A stretch of 64,000 bases of DNA from Octopus vulgaris (lineage: Eukaryota), in contig OX597814.1 of NCBI GenBank assembly GCA_951406725.2, positions 65,658,001-65,722,000 on the forward strand. The letters are read 5' to 3'. The position numbers were made by a program, and so were the translations under genes. The notes beneath the pieces are model-generated. The model ran no database searches and had not been told where the DNA came from. It was given only the letters and a program-made list of their open reading frames with translations. Positions 13,957 to 29,459 of the stretch are shown here, piece after piece (within the stretch, counting starts at the first letter, position 1; each line of letters opens with the position of its first letter).

Positions 13957-15301
13957 GCATACATATATACATATATATATGTGTGTGTGTGTTTGTGTGT
14001 ATGAATACATGCATATATACATGTGTACATAAAACTGTTCACATTCATGTTTTTTTCGTGTTTGGTATTATTTTGTCTTACTACCCCACGCTTTATAGTT
14101 TTAACAATAATGTACAAGACACATGTTAAAAAATATGTTTTAACCATAAGGTTGGCTTGAAGATATATGTAAAAACCATGTATGAATGACATTTCCATCA
14201 TCCTTCGGTGTTTCTAGGTCTTTTGATTCGGTTATTGAGTGTTTCGTTCAGTTCTTTTCTCTCTTTATGTAGGTGTGTGTGTGTATGTATGTATATATTT
14301 ATACATGTGTTTATGTATTTATATGTATGAATGAATGTATGTGTTTCTCTTTCTGTTAGTTTATTTGTGGATATGTATGAGTTTTCTGTGTCTGCTTTTC
14401 TCCGTATGCCTGTATATGTACACACTCACACACACACGCGCACAATACATACATTTATACATACATGCATGCTTGCATATATACATACATACATACAAAC
14501 ATACATTAGATACAGACTACACGCTTACATTATCTATATATACGCTGAAATGCTTAAACTCACACATATACATCCTTATATCTTGTATATACATATATAT
14601 ACATATATATTTTATATATACAAATATATTTGATGTCTGTTCGTGGTCTTCTGGATGTCCTTATGTATAGCTATATAAATTTGCGTTTGCGAGCGCATTC
14701 TGCATTGGATCTTCTCTTGTATACCACTGAATCCTTCATAAATAAGTGCATTAGATTTAAGCTCTTGCTAAGATCCTGAGCAAGCAATAGCTTAGTATAA
14801 CAGCTGTTACTACATAATATAAGATAAAATACGATGTTGTAATTGGCGATTTGTTTTGAACTCGCAACATGAATCTCAAAGCTTTGCTTGCAAAAACAGA
14901 ATTATTAATTACCAAAGTTTCAACAGAATCCTCAAGAGGGACAACATGTCCAACTGATTTAGATAGAAAAATGCGCATTGTAATCTTGTAATACTTATAT
15001 ATTCTTGTGTTACGGTAGCTAAAAATGAAAATAAATGTAAGATATGTATACATTCTAAATGTGTAAATAAATTTCATTCAAACTATCGTCAGCTACTTGA
15101 GATATAAAGGCAAATCTGTTTTGTTAAGCACGTGTTTCGATCCAATTTTGTGCTGGCTCTGTTGACATATTAAAAGTCTCCTACTAAGACCTAGTCCTAT
15201 ATCTTTTGTTAGTGCACTTTAGTAGACAATCTAAGATACAGCCTATCGTATAATAGGGTAACTATTTGTTTGTGTATATATGTGTGTGTGAGTGTGTGTA
15301 T

Positions 15302-15349
<48 letters not shown>

Positions 15350-18300
15350 TGGCGTGTGTGTGTGCGTGTGTGCATGTTCTGTTAATTGATTGACGCCGGG
15401 ATATTTCTGTTATATAAGCTATGAAATGGGTAATGGTTGTTCATAAACGCATTTGTTACTTTTGCTTCACTCTATTCATTCCGTCCTCGACACCGTATGC
15501 ACATCACCATATCATCTCTTCTCGCTGTTCACCACTTCATCCTTATTACTACTACATTAACTTAACTTTAGTTTTAGTTTGTAGAATTTTTCCTCTAACG
15601 ACTTGATGGTGTAGAGAAAAGAACCTGTGCATAATTGCGTTCTCACAGAATTCACGCATGATCGGATTTCTTCACCATATCTCCCTTCTCAATAAATGAT
15701 ATGTTGTCACATTCTTCATCGATTGTCTAGAATAATCCATACATAAAACACCGGGTAACTATGCTCTAGATAACACTAGGACTATATCAGTACCTAACTT
15801 TACTGCATATTCGTATCGAGTATGCTATTTTTTATTAATATAAATTACTTTTCATAGCATCTATCAAATTACTTGCGTACATTAAATTTTGCTCAGAATC
15901 CACTGGATAATCCGTGGCTAAATTACTTCGCTGGATCACCCTTATAATCGTATGGTCGCGGTGCAAATATTTTATCGAGATATCTAATTCTTTTCGAAGA
16001 TTTCTATAAGCGGATCTCTTCATATATTTTCTTTGGAAACCCTTTGTGATTTTAATGTTGTTGGGACAGTTACAATCGGACATTTCCTAAAGTATAGGAC
16101 ACATATACCTTCATGAATAGAGACTAATATTAGTGAAAGTGAACACTAGAAAGTAATAAATTAAAATATTCAGAAACCCCACATCAAATTTAAATCCAGT
16201 TACTCACGTGTCACCAAAAATCACCATTTGAATTAGTTATGTATATTAAAACATCTTCGTGCTTTCGCAAGAAAAGATAGGAAAAAAAGTAACACTAAAG
16301 TAAAATAATAAATTCAATAGTAATCTGGGTTAATTTCGAAAGTAACCCACATTTTCCCTTTTTTTATTTTGTTACACATATATAAACGTCATGATATTGT
16401 GTATTCGCATGTTTAAATCTATAAAAATTCTGTTTCTTTTTTTTATTTTTCAATTTTGTAACAATATTTCCTTTGTGCAAAAAAGAAATACAAAACAAAG
16501 CGGCTTTCACAATTTAACCCGTTTGTTATACTATCAAACACTCTTCTCCTTGTTGCATTGTCTCGACCTCATAATATGTCTGGTTGTGTGTCATAACATA
16601 TAATCACATCTAAAACTAAATGTTGGTTTTAGCTAACATATTTTACAAGAATTAAATTTCTGATAGAATGAGATAGTGTTTTCTTCTCTTTCTACTTGAT
16701 CTTAATCACAATACTCATTTCTTTCCTTCTTTCCTTCTTTCCTTCTTTCCTCGTGTATGTGTGTATATATGTGCGTGCGCACTCTATTTATTTTGTGCTT
16801 TCTTTCCAACATTTCAGTAGGAATTTTTACTAGATTCAAACCCATCAGAAAGAGAAAGAGAATTTGTGTCGACAAGTTATTCGCCTATAGAAATATGTGA
16901 TCTTAGACGTAGCCAGGCGTGTTAATCTAGATGCTCTGTCCAGAGGAATATATTTTTTGCGATAGTATTCATTCATAAAACTACATTTTTTACTTCTAAA
17001 TTATTTAAGATATTTAATGCCGTCTAAATTCAAAGCTGTGCTCGTACCATATATTAATGTTATAAATCCAATAATGTACCTATCTGATAAGGGTCTAGGG
17101 AATAAGGAATATATTATTCTTAGATTAGAAATAAAGGTTATATGCTCATACTCAGCTTGAATGTGATTAAAACGTTAATGTAATGAAGGGTTTAATAATT
17201 CGAGAAATGCTTTAACCTTCTCAGTTATTTTAGTTTCTGCGTTGTTAAGTTGAATATATTAAGAATCAATTTTTCTCTTCAAAATGTATTTATTTAAAAT
17301 TTCGTGTCCCTATTTAAGTATATTTGAGTCGATATATTTTCTCGTTTGTCTGCGTTAGTAAAATGTCTATGGTCACTTATGCCAGTAATTTCTGTGAAAT
17401 CAGTACTGTAAATACTTATAGTGAACTGGATTTCACTCAAACGGATTTACTCAACCAGCAAAATTCAGTATTTATATAAATGATTGAAGATCGGGAGTAT
17501 TTTAGACATGCTAGAATGGAAATAAATGCTTTGTATAATGTTTGCTTATTACCCGCCTCTCATGGTCGATAGACTCCAGTCAATTACTTGGGCTGAGGTA
17601 TCCGATTGTTCTCAAACTAAACATATATGACGTAAATGTATATGAGCGGCATTAAACAATAATACATGTTCCTACAGTGTAGAGATCACCACACAGGTTT
17701 CAATTCTCGTCTTTTCTCCTTACGCATCTGCGAAGAAGATTTGACCAATAAGAACTAAATGAACGATTAGTGAAGTTTTTGTAATGATTAATTTGGAGTA
17801 TATGGTAAATCTAAGGATTTATGAATACCTGAACGTGAAGGAACAAAAATTTAGTGATATTTTGAATAAGTGCATGGCAAGTAGTAACCTTCCTGGCTTA
17901 GACTTTGTTGGAATTATTTCCCTTGAAATATTTGTTTTACATGGATTCCTAGCATGGTCGTAATCTAATGACTGAAACAAATGAAAGATAAAATAAATGG
18001 CTTCTGTCTGATTCTTGATAAATTGGGAGAATTTTGTTATTTGGATCAAATTAGGTCGCATTTGCCTTTAGCTTGACTGAGTATACAGTCATGCGTGTAA
18101 GAGAAATGGAAATCTAAATAGTGAAATTTAAAAAAAAAAACAGAATTTGGCAAAGACCTGAGTTTCTAATAAAGATCTGCCATGAAGTATATTGTTAAAT
18201 CGACTGGAATTTTTCTTGTACATATAGGTATGAAATCTGAAGAAATATTAACGGTTCTTATAAAGTTTTCGTGATTCATCAAAGCCAACAAGTGTTTGAA

Positions 18301-19262
18301 CTTTAAAAATCTATATTGCTACGAATTTCAACTGAAGTCTGATATCAGAAAGAGATGTTCAAAGTACAGTCAATGCGGATCGCCAAGTTAGAGTAGCATT
18401 GTTCGAAATAGCTAAATTTTTTTACAGCTATACAATATATTCTGTTTGATAAATGCAATTTAGTAGATTTATATAAATATATAAAAATTCCTTATGTAAA
18501 ACCAGTTCTTCACAAGCTTGTAAGTTACACGATAATATATTCTTAAATAATTTATTTTCTCTTCATTAATGTTGTGTACTGTTGGAACTAACAGTCATAA
18601 CTATTCTTATTTCTTCTTCCTCCACGCAAAAAAATAAAGAACTGGCTAGAATTCTTGTTGAATAGAAATCAAAATATTTGTGCAAAATTATTGCTAAATT
18701 AGGTTATTATTTGTAATCTGATATATTTGTATGAAAGTGTACTACAGTCCAAATTGCTTTATCTCCAATATTATACTAAGTACTCAGTAAAGACCTTGCT
18801 TCGATTAGAAGGATCTATATAATTGAAACATGCACGGAAATATCACTGCACATGCGAAGGATCAAACATACAACCTTCTTCATGCTATATTTTACATTTT
18901 ATTTAAGCTTTCTCACTATGGGTGTAGGTGTATATTTTATCAATTACAATACTTATCCTTACTATATAAAGTATGTTAATACTAACTTAAATGTCGGTAA
19001 TAGGTAATTTGCAAGTCCAGTCAAAACTGTACAATTAGAAATGGGTTCCAAATCAATACATTTGTAATTTAAGTTCAATGGAATTTGAAGTGAGATAAAA
19101 CGGTTAAATCAGATTCTATAAGACGGTTGTTGCTACCACAGACATTTCTCGGTTAAGTTGCCCTGCAATATATCTGACATTTATTTGTCTATAATCCTAA
19201 TTTGATCCAAATAACAATATTCTCGCAATTTATCAAGAATCAGGCAGAAACCATACATATTT

Positions 19263-19617
19263 TACTTTTTATTTGTTTCAGTTATTAGATTATGACCATG
19301 CTAGGGCGCTGCCTTGAAGAATTATTAGTTGAATGAATCGACCCCCAGTTCTTATCTTTTTTTAAAAACCTGGTAGTTATTCAATCGTTATTTTTGCTGA
19401 ACCATTACGATACGGGAATGTAAGATCACCAAGTTCGGTTGTCACGCAGCGGTGAGGAACAAACACAGACACAAGGCGTGTACCAAATCCTTTCACAAGG
19501 TTTTGACCAGACGAGGCTATAGCAGAAGACACTTGCCCAAGATGCTACGCAGTAGGACTGGATCTGGAACCATGTGGTAGAGAAGGAAGTTTCTTAACAC
19601 ACATCCACGCCTGCGCA
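19263..19617 (-). mobile_element. SINE family A, diverged
   Basis: Similar to 62102-62501 over its length. Confidence 0.75.
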
Positions 19618-20987
19618 TATATTAATAGCATTTTATAAATTTCAAAATATGCATAGAAATTGAGCCTGCTGACACATCAATTTCTAAAATAATAAAAATT
19701 TAATCAGGATTATCAAACAAGATATCAACAGCGATCCAACAAAGCGTACGCGCGCGCACACATGCACACAGACCAATAACATAAGCACACACACATGCAT
19801 TCGCACACATACACAAATAGATATAGACATGCATATAGGCAATACACACACATATACATTTGTATTTATATGCATGCGTGCATGTAGTATGTATGTATGC
19901 ATGTATGTATGTGTGTATATACACACACGCATATATATAACAAGAATTAGAATGAACTAGATGAAACTAGTTACAGTGGCCAATAGCTTGAGTTTGGAAC
20001 AGCGGAGACGAATAAAATTATATTATAAGCTGAAGAATAATCTTTGGTCAATTGAAACAATGTTCGTTGCGAGAGGAGTTGAATAAACAGCTGGTTGCAA
20101 TTGCGACAACTATAAATGAGAAAGGGGGATAATCTATATAACCGCAAATTCTCCGGAATCAGTATCATCAACGACAGAACACTTTATTTCTTACGAAGAT
20201 ATGAGTAGAGTTGTGAAGAGTGGTAGATACGTGTTTCTGTATCAATATTACTCATCAACACATCGATTGTCCCACCTGATTCTTATAGACATAAGACTTA
20301 GACACATGCACAAAAAAGAAAAAATTCGTAGGGTAATTTGCATAGTTTAAACAAAAATGAGATCGGGCAAGTAACTTAATACGGCAAGAAATTAAAGACT
20401 AATATTATATCGTAGACGTTAAATTCTTGGTTTACTAAAACTTCGCTTCGAAGGAATTTGAACATATTGCCTTGTGTTTATGGTTTGTGTTTGCGCGTGT
20501 ATTCCCGCTTCCTGTATAATCTATGGCTCTAGCTCACTTTGTCACCATGTGTCAACTTATGCTCTACCTATCAAGACATCTCACTTTCATTACTATATGC
20601 ATGCCTCTATTCTCTACTCCTATTAACCTTTCTTCTCTCTACCACTCCAATTTTCTCCCTGGCTCTAGTTACCGCTTCTATAATTTCGGGTCACTCTTTT
20701 GATCTCGTATTGTCACATCTGAATAGGCGTCGAGTTGTTGAACACATGTTACTTGTATAACGTTAAAAAGAGCATGACCCGGGTGTATCAGAGCACACCT
20801 TACTATCACGACACTCAAATTACCATCCCTACTTTCGTACGGATCTAGTTCATTCCACATGCCTACCTCCGTAATTATCTCCCTCCCACCGTCCTAGTCA
20901 ACACACCATCAAAACTCAAACACTTAGAACGTTAGCCACATTGTAAATACATACATTCATAAACAAACTAACGCTGAAAAGTGACAA

Positions 20988-21055
<68 letters not shown>

Positions 21056-21867
21056 TTCTTGTTGTATATATATATATGCTCATAGATATAAACACAAAGA
21101 AATATGAAGAATTTTAGTGGATCGAATTGATCCCAGGGCTATATTTCCTTTTAAAGCCTGCTACTTATTCAATGAGTTTCTTTTGCCGAACCACTTGGTT
21201 ACGGGGGTGGGGCCGAAAAAGCACCAACCGGTTGTCAAGTGGTGATTTACGATAAATACAAACACAAATACAAGCATACATGCACACACACGCGCGCGCG
21301 CTCACACGCATTCATTCAAACATACAAACATTCATACATTCACACATTCACACTGTAGATTGCTACAGACGCATATTTCTATGAATTTATATGTGCGTGT
21401 ATATACATGTACGCTCATATGAATAAACATACACATTGTTATATTTATTTTGTATAATAGAAAATACTGGTTATGCACTGATGAAAGTGCATATCTAGAT
21501 ATTTATATACTTGCATGACGGTACTTCTGAGAGACATTGTGTGTGTGTGTGTGCATGTGTGAGCGTATGTGTGTGTGCGTGAGTTTATTCAGGTGCCTCT
21601 GCGTCTATACACACGCAAACACACACACACGTAATATTGAGTATGTTTTGGATCCTATTTTATTTATGTTTTTCTTAACCTTGATATCTAGCGTTATTTC
21701 TATCGTATATTCTATATGTATAAGTGATTTTTAGACGATTTAGGCGGTTTGCCATTTTAAAAGTTGACATTTTTATTCCTATATTTATCAACCACTCATT
21801 CGTTTTGCAACTCCTGTATTTATCACGCATAACTCCTTACATGTAGTATATATATATATATATATAT

Positions 21868-21939
<72 letters not shown>

Positions 21940-22728
21940 TTACTATATCCTGGCATGTTCTGGCTGATAGCACCGAATGATATGGAGTGACCTGAGACTT
22001 TTAACGCAAACAAACCCAATATATTTCAGCCGATTTGTAAATCTTGCTTTATAAAAGTTTGGCCATGTATATACAAGAGAATTACAATAAATATGGAGAA
22101 TTATACATCTGCATAGCTTTTATCATTGTCATTTATACAGTACATTCTCTTAAACCCCTGTCCGACATATATTTCTGCATTGATACCATGGTATGTACTA
22201 TGTGGTATTTACATGCATTCTGTTTGCTCATATGTCTCCAGATTTCATCCTGGTTAAAAATGTATCCATACAGTTTTGTTCAAGGTGTTTTCACTATTAA
22301 AGTTTAAAGCGAACTGGAGTATAATAGATTTGACAGTTTTATATGTTTGGTTAGGTAGGATTAGTGATGAGTGCAAAAAATATGAGAAGTAGTAGTGAGA
22401 AATTTGATATGGATATATTTCCGTTATCAAATCGACCCTAGGATGACCCTAAGGCTTAGATGTAGAACAATGAATGCCAGATATCAAACTACGTCAGAGT
22501 ATATTTCATCCACTAGCCTTAAACAAAATAGATAGGAATATATTCTGTGAGAATATGTTCCTACTTATTCCTACCTACATTGAAGGTAGTTAATTAATTT
22601 AAAGATACAGAGATATAAGATAAAGTCAGGTCATTTTTCACAATGAGGTAGATTCCTTCCACCTACAGTGAAATCACAATTTGTAACTGTGCAAATCAAT
22701 TTTACGTCTGTATGTAATAACAAACTCG

Positions 22729-22759
<31 letters not shown>

Positions 22760-25306
22760 AAAATAGTAAAAAGTGAAAAAACTACAGAAGGCTTAAAGGT
22801 TAAAAAATATATATATTTGAGTCAATATGTCTGAAGAATATTAAAAAAATTTTTCCTTACAATGACATAGTTTAGAAGAAAGACCGGTTTCGCGTTTAGC
22901 TTTTCAAATTTCTTACGACGTTATGTTTATGTTGAACAGAGTTATCGTTATGTTTATGTTTAAAAGAGTTCTAAATAAGGGGAGGTAATGAGTGATTTCT
23001 TCCGGTGTAAGGGAGATAATCGCTTAAATTTTTTTCCTTTCCCTTGGTGTGAATTTCTCTGTATCAGTATGTTGGCATGGTTAAGTCTGGGCTTGTACTT
23101 TTCAATGAAGAATGTTTCCTTGTTTAGTCTAATTTGTGTTGATGATCCGATAGCACATTGGTAGAATGGAAAGATTAAAAATTGTGGTAGTAGTTGCTTT
23201 GCGCATTTCTCAATGTGCTCACTAAAAGGTATCATTCTGTATTCTGGGAATGCAATCTGTTGTCGATGCAGTGTGCATCTACGTTTGAGTGATAGTCCTG
23301 TGGATCCCACGTAGTCTTGGTGTCAGCCCGAGCATTTTATGACATAAATTATGTTTTCAGAGGCACAAGTAAAGTTAGATTTGATCTTGAATTTCTGTCC
23401 CTCTTTAAAGAGGAATTCTGATCCTTCTAGCAGGTTTGGACATGTTGCACAGTTCAATCTACCACATTTTTTTACTTTTGCATCCGTAATTTCAGAAAAC
23501 AATTTTGCCTTTGTGAGAATCTTTTTGAGTGATTTAGGTTGTTTGTAGCTTTTAATGATTTGGTGTATGTTTAGAATTTCCTTTAATTTTGGGTCCTTAT
23601 GAAGTATTGGTAAATTCTGGGTGATGATGGTGAAGGCTTCTTTGTTTCTGGGGTTGTATGTAGATATATAAGGTAGTATTTTCGGGGAAGGTGTGTTGTT
23701 GTGTTGAACTTTTCTTAAAGTTTCTATGTTGATTTCTGTTGCACGTCTGATCCCATCCTCTATGAGTTGAGCTGGGTAATGTCTGTCAATTAGGGTGTTT
23801 TTGAGTTCTTGCAGTCTAAAGTTCCTGGTATTTTGTTCTGACACTATTGTGCATATCCTTCTTGCAAGGTTGAAGGGGATGTTTGTTTTAGTGTGTCTTG
23901 GGTGGCATGAATTAAAAAGAAGGTATTGTTTGGCGTCTGTGGCTTTGTAAAAAATGTCTGTTTCTATTTTAAGGTTAATTTTTTTAATTAGTATATCCAA
24001 GAACGGGAGCTCCTTTTGGTTGTATTCCATTGTGAACTGTATATTTGGGTTTATGCTGTTCAATAGGTTTTTAAATTTTAGGAGTTTATCTGTGTTTTCA
24101 TTCCAGAGTATAAAACAATCGTCTAAGAATCGTTTCCAATTCTCTTTTATGTATTGAGAAAGGGGGTTTCCAAAGATTGATAAAGATTCCTGGTAAATGA
24201 TTATGTCCATGTAGCCCATTGTTAGGTTCGCAATAACTGGTGCTGCCCTTGTACCCATAGCAATTCCGGATTTTTGACGGTAAAATGTATTGTCAAACAT
24301 GAAATGGTTATTATGTAGGATGAATTCAATTGATTTAGTAATGAATTCTTTACTGATCCTTTTGGTATTTCTTCCGGAAATTGGTCCAGCCAGAACTGTA
24401 TTGCCTCTAGTCCATAATTATGAGGTATACTGGTATATAAGTTAACTACATCAAATGAAACCAGGATTGTTTCTTCCTTGGCTTTTTTTGGAAGGTGGTT
24501 TAACATATCTAAGTCATCTCTGATATGGCTATCGATATGTTTAAGGAAGGGTTTCAGGAGGATGTCCATAAATAGACTTAGTCTGTGTGTTTCACAGGTT
24601 GGGCCAGCTACAATGGGTCGTAGTTTTAGGTCCCCCGGGTTAGGTGTGTGTATGTCTTTGGTGATTTTTTAATGGTTTCATTTATAATTTGGCTTTTATG
24701 AATTTTTGGCAGACCATAGAAGAGGCTAGGTTTGCATTTAAAGTTTGTTAGAAAGTCAATCTCTTTTTCATGGGTTTTAATTAGTGAAGATAGAGTTTTC
24801 ATTATTTTTTGTTGGGTGTAGTTGGTAATTTTTTCATAATGTAGGTCGTCATCAAGCAAGGAAATTACAAGATTTCTATAGTATGATGTATCCATTATTA
24901 CAACTGCATTTCCCTTGTCCGCTTCCTTAATGGTTATATCCTCATCATTTTGAAGTTCTATCAGTTCCTTCCATTGTGTAGTGTTAAAATTTGAGTTAAC
25001 TTTCTGTTTATGTATAGTATGGTAGGGAAAGTTCTCAATGTGGTTACAGAATTCATCAAGATCTTTATCTCTTCCTCTGTGTGGGATGTGTTCACTTTTG
25101 TTCTTGACTAGTGATTCATCTTCAGTATTGAAACTGGTTGATGCTTCTGCTAGTCTTAATTTTCTGCAAAATTCTGTTATATTATCCTTGATTTCATTTA
25201 GGTTGGCTCTGCGTGGAGTTGGTGTAAATTTGAGCCCTTTTGAGAGGATGTCAATTTTTATGTTAGAAAGAGGTTTGGTTGAAAGATTGATTATCTTCGG
25301 TTTTTC
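22760..25306 (-). mobile_element. Penelope-like retroelement (Neptune-like), near-complete but disrupted RT + GIY-YIG ORF
   Basis: Consecutive ORF pieces: INLS..LSKGLKFTPTP, ADKGNAVVIMD, FYGLPKIHK, SFDVVNLYTSIP, GIAMGTRAAP, WKRFLDDCF, LPFLDI, CGRLNCATC, NIIYVIKCSG*..YVGSTG. Two frameshifts and a stop. (TA)n on both sides. Confidence 0.92.
22876..22914 (-). ncRNA. Minimal type-I hammerhead ribozyme in the PLE 3' region (U3-A8 variant)
   Basis: Minus strand: AAGAAA u UUGAAAA GC uaaac GC GAAA CCGG UC / UUUCUU. 6-bp helix I, palindromic helix III (ACCGGU), GUC site. Confidence 0.75.
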
Positions 25307-25330
25307 TATATATATATATATATATATATA

Positions 25331-25900
25331 TGTTCTTTGACTTGCTTCAGTCATTTCAGTGCGGCCATGCTGGAGCACCGCCTTTAGTCGAGCAAATCGA
25401 CCCAGGACTTATTCTTTGTAAGCCTAGTACTTATTCTACCATTGTCTTATGTAGAACAGCTAAGTTGAGGGGACGTAAACATAGCAACATCAGTTGTCAA
25501 GCGTACCCGAAACCACGCGCCTTTGGGATATATATAGGTCATGAGTTCGATTCCCTGCAACGCGTTGTGTCCTTGAGCAAGACACTTTATTTCACCTTGC
25601 TCCAGTCTACTCAGCTGGCAAAACTGAGTTGTACCTGTATTTCAAATGGCCGGCTTTGTCACGCTCTATGTCACGCTGAATCTCCCTGAGAACTACGTTA
25701 GGGGTACACGTGTCTGTGGATTGCTTAGTCACCTGCACGTTAATTTCATGAGCAGGCCGTTCCGTTGATCGTATCAGCTGGGACCCTCGTCGTCATAAAC
25801 GACGGAGTGTTCCTTTATATCCCAAATCACCGCTTGACAATCAGGGTTGGTACGTTTATTTTCCCGTAACACAATAGTTCGGCAAAAGAAAATGTTAGAA
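25331..25900. mobile_element. Family A SINE fragment(s) with a different plus-strand SINE nested at ~25535-25810
   Basis: Family A tail at 25331-25503. B box gagttcgattccc and CORE-like tccttgagcaagacactt at 25542-25590. Confidence 0.7.
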
Positions 25901-26151
25901 TAATTGCCAGGTTTTTAAAAGAAAAAATAGTTCTGGGGTTGACTCGCTACAGTCTACTGAGTGAAACAAGCGTAAGAAAAGATAAATAATAGGAAAACGA
26001 AGTTGCAGCCATGGCGGCGTAGAAAACGTATACATAAGATCAACAAAATAGCAAAACAAAAATTGTGCTTTTGACCGTTGGTCAAATGGCATTTTCTTTA
26101 ACGCTTTTGTTGTGATATGATATTTCATGCTGCAACTTCATTGATCCTCTG

Positions 26152-26231
<80 letters not shown>

Positions 26232-26849
26232 ACACACGCATTCTCTTTCTCTCTCACTCACTCTTTTTCTCTCTCGCTTTATCACCATCTCACACTCTTT
26301 TCCCTCATTCTCTCTCTACTTCCCTCTCAATTTTTTATTGTAAAAAGTTTTATATCGCTGTCACCTATCACATTTAGCTGTTTGTCACACGAACTTTTCT
26401 CTTCCCTCGAATATGTTTTTCTCCTTTTACAGTTTCTTTTCACATTTATGCATACTCAGTGACATATCACACAGACATTTCGTTTTGTCACGTATGAGGA
26501 TTTATATGATTCTACATTCAAACAATTGTCAGTGAAATCCTAAAGACAGAAGCAATAAAGATATTTCAGATAAATATATTAGTTGTTGTTTCTAACTAAA
26601 GACTGTTTTCATTTAATGAAGACAGTCATTAATCTTATTGCTCAAAGTGTAGAGAATGCATTTAAAGGATATACATGCACACACATGTGCATACGACCAT
26701 ATATACACGTATATATATATATAGAGAGAGATAAATTAATACATATATATATACACATACTTAGTATTATTATGTATATATATATATGTTTACAAATTCA
26801 TACATGCAGACAGATGTATATGTATATATATATATATACATATATGTAT

Positions 26850-26917
<68 letters not shown>

Positions 26918-28059
26918 GTATGATTGTGTGTATGTGTGTGTATTGATATTGTTCACTTGTTAATAACTGCGTAAAATCCTGGTGTCATTAGTTCATTGGT
27001 ATCTCTGATGTGTAACTCTGTATCGGTCGTGTTGCCGTAGATCTCAAAGTGCTGGAATTGTTACTTGTCTGTGAAGCAGTGTCTGTGCTTTGAAAGAATC
27101 ACGCGCATACTTCCAATTCAATGAACAATTGTATTCAGTTCCCAGTGACAGCCAACCAAAATGTAGCAATTGATGCCAAGCTGTTCTTTATTTCTGTATT
27201 TCCCGCCTAGATATTCTTTACCTTTCATTGATTTGCAAACAATTGGTTTTATAATTAGTACGATTCAGTATTCGTATTGATATATATTGTATGTGATACG
27301 TATGAGCATCTAGGAATTACTTCAGATCAACCTATGGCTGCAGTAGAAGAATGAAATACTGACAGCAAATGTTCATTTCATTTATATCTAGAGTGCTTTG
27401 GCAGAGATGTAATAAAATTAATTGAACCTCAACTACGGTTTCAACATTTCTATTATGGAATAATCTCAAAGAGGGATTTGAAACCTGCTCCGCAACGTTA
27501 TGAATCATTTATGAATTAAACGCTCATTAGCAATAGCTGTGAGTTGCGCCTACACATCATAAAGATTAAAGAGAACAAGAAATTCTCCAGTAAAGTAGTC
27601 AGGAGTCTACAAGTAACGGAAAGCAAACACCCATACACCTGTAAGTCTCAGCTATTATCGACTCAGCTTCTGCTCCGGTGTACTTATCAATAATCTATCA
27701 GTTTCTTGAATAGTTCGCATCTAAACTACCTTCAGTAACTATTAGCATATTGGTCGACCGAATTCATATAACTAGCTGCCACGATGACAAACTTGACCAG
27801 TATAAAAAAACTACTTTACAGCTTGCGATATTAAATTCAACTAATGTGTGTACAGTGTAAAACCAGAGCATGTCCGTCACAGAGGATAAAATTGGAAAAA
27901 TGATATACATTCGAAGGCTTCAGTGATGTTCCCACGATGCAGTGAATTGCACAGTAATAAATTTCGTTACTGGATCTCATGTAGTGTGTAAGGAGAAATA
28001 ATACAAAAGAAATTCGTTCGGTGAAATGCAAGATCAACGGAAGAATTATAAATTATTTA

Positions 28060-28687
28060 GTTACTGTTGTTTAACCCCCAAGTTAAACATGAAGTTAAAC
28101 ATTAACCACCATTAGCCACCCCAAAAGCGGGTCTTCACCCTAAAAAAGTCTTACTTTCTGCCTGGTGGGATTTTAAAGGAATTCTGTTCTATGAACTTCT
28201 CCCAAGTAACCAGACAATTAATTCTGAGAATTACTGCTGACAACTGGACGAGTTAAAAGCAGCAATTCAAGAGAAACGTCCAGAATTGGCCAACAGGAAG
28301 GTGTGGTTTTCCAACATGATAATGCAAGACCGCACGTTTATTTGAGAACCAGACAAAAATTACTGCAGCTCGGCTGGGATGTGTTACGCATCCTCCATAT
28401 TCACCAGATTTTGCTCCTTCGGATTTCCACTTATTCAGGTCTCCGCAGTATAGTCTTAATTGTAAAGATTTCCATTCCTTGGATGACGTAAAAAGATACC
28501 TTGATGAATTCTTTGCCATGAAACCACCTCAATTCTGCGAAGAGGGTATTTTCCACTTAAAGAATAATGGAGACGCATTGTGCAACAAAATGGTTCGTAT
28601 TTGGTTGATTAAAAATGTAATGGCAAGTAATTATTGACCTTTTTCTTTCCTTTAAAAATCGGCACGAACTTTCCGGACAACCCAATA
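28060..28687 (+). mobile_element. Mariner transposon 3' fragment with right TIR
   Basis: LHPKKVLLSAWWD, FQHDNARPH, HPPYSPDFAPSDFHLF motifs. Terminal ...gaactttccggacaacccaa followed by TA. Confidence 0.9.
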
Positions 28688-28699
28688 TCATTCGATGAA

Positions 28700-29290
28700 A
28701 ATCCACAGCTTATTTTCCTAGGTTTGATGGAAAGTATCCGATGTCCACAGCCAGCAGACTAAAGTGACAATTTTTAGTGGTCATGCTTCAAGAACCCAGC
28801 AGAGGACTTTTGCAGTCCCAAGCAGTGCTGAGTTTTGGAGATGTTCTATCGTTACATTTGTTCTATCGTTACATGAAAAGGACAAGAATAAAATACACAG
28901 AGAGTACGCCAGACAGTTTGAAGAACACTTCTACATTGCCACATTTGGAGAGCCAATGAAGATGTATGCAGAACAATATCTTGGTCTTAGTTAAAAAAAG
29001 GGGCAATTAAAAAAAGAAACAGAGAGTCTAACTGTAGCAGTCCAAGATCAAGCGATAAAAACAAACAACTTGAGAAAAAATATACAAGGAGAGAATGTGT
29101 CAGAAAAACATAGAGCCTGTGGTACTTGGAACGAGACAGTGGCACACGTTACAGCAGAATGCCACAAGTTAGCACACGAAGAATATAAGAAATGAAGGCA
29201 CGACCAGGTGGTAAAAGTTTTAAACTAGAAATTTTACTAGAGTCCAATGTGTACTAGAGTCGGAGAAATGTAACATTTTGTTGGACTTTC
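28700..29290 (+). mobile_element. R4/Dong-like non-LTR retrotransposon fragment (zinc knuckle region)
   Basis: LKKETESL.VAVQDQAIKTN...RACG...ETVAHVTAEC..LA..EYK..RHDQV. Confidence 0.7.
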
Positions 29291-29459
29291 CAATTCACGG
29301 GTCATAAACTTCCACATAAGTGGTAAACAAGTTATAGGTCAAAAATTTGATGCCAAGTTCCTATTAAGTTCCTATACTTGAGGTATAGCAGCGTTCGTCC
29401 ACTTGTCATGCAGGCATAGACGTGGTCTTGCTGCAGGCAGTCATCCAGTTGCGTAACGA

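Noticed and set aside
20715-20755. CTGAATA ggcg...tgtt GAAC ACATGTT motif
   Set aside because: Two core mismatches and no helix I
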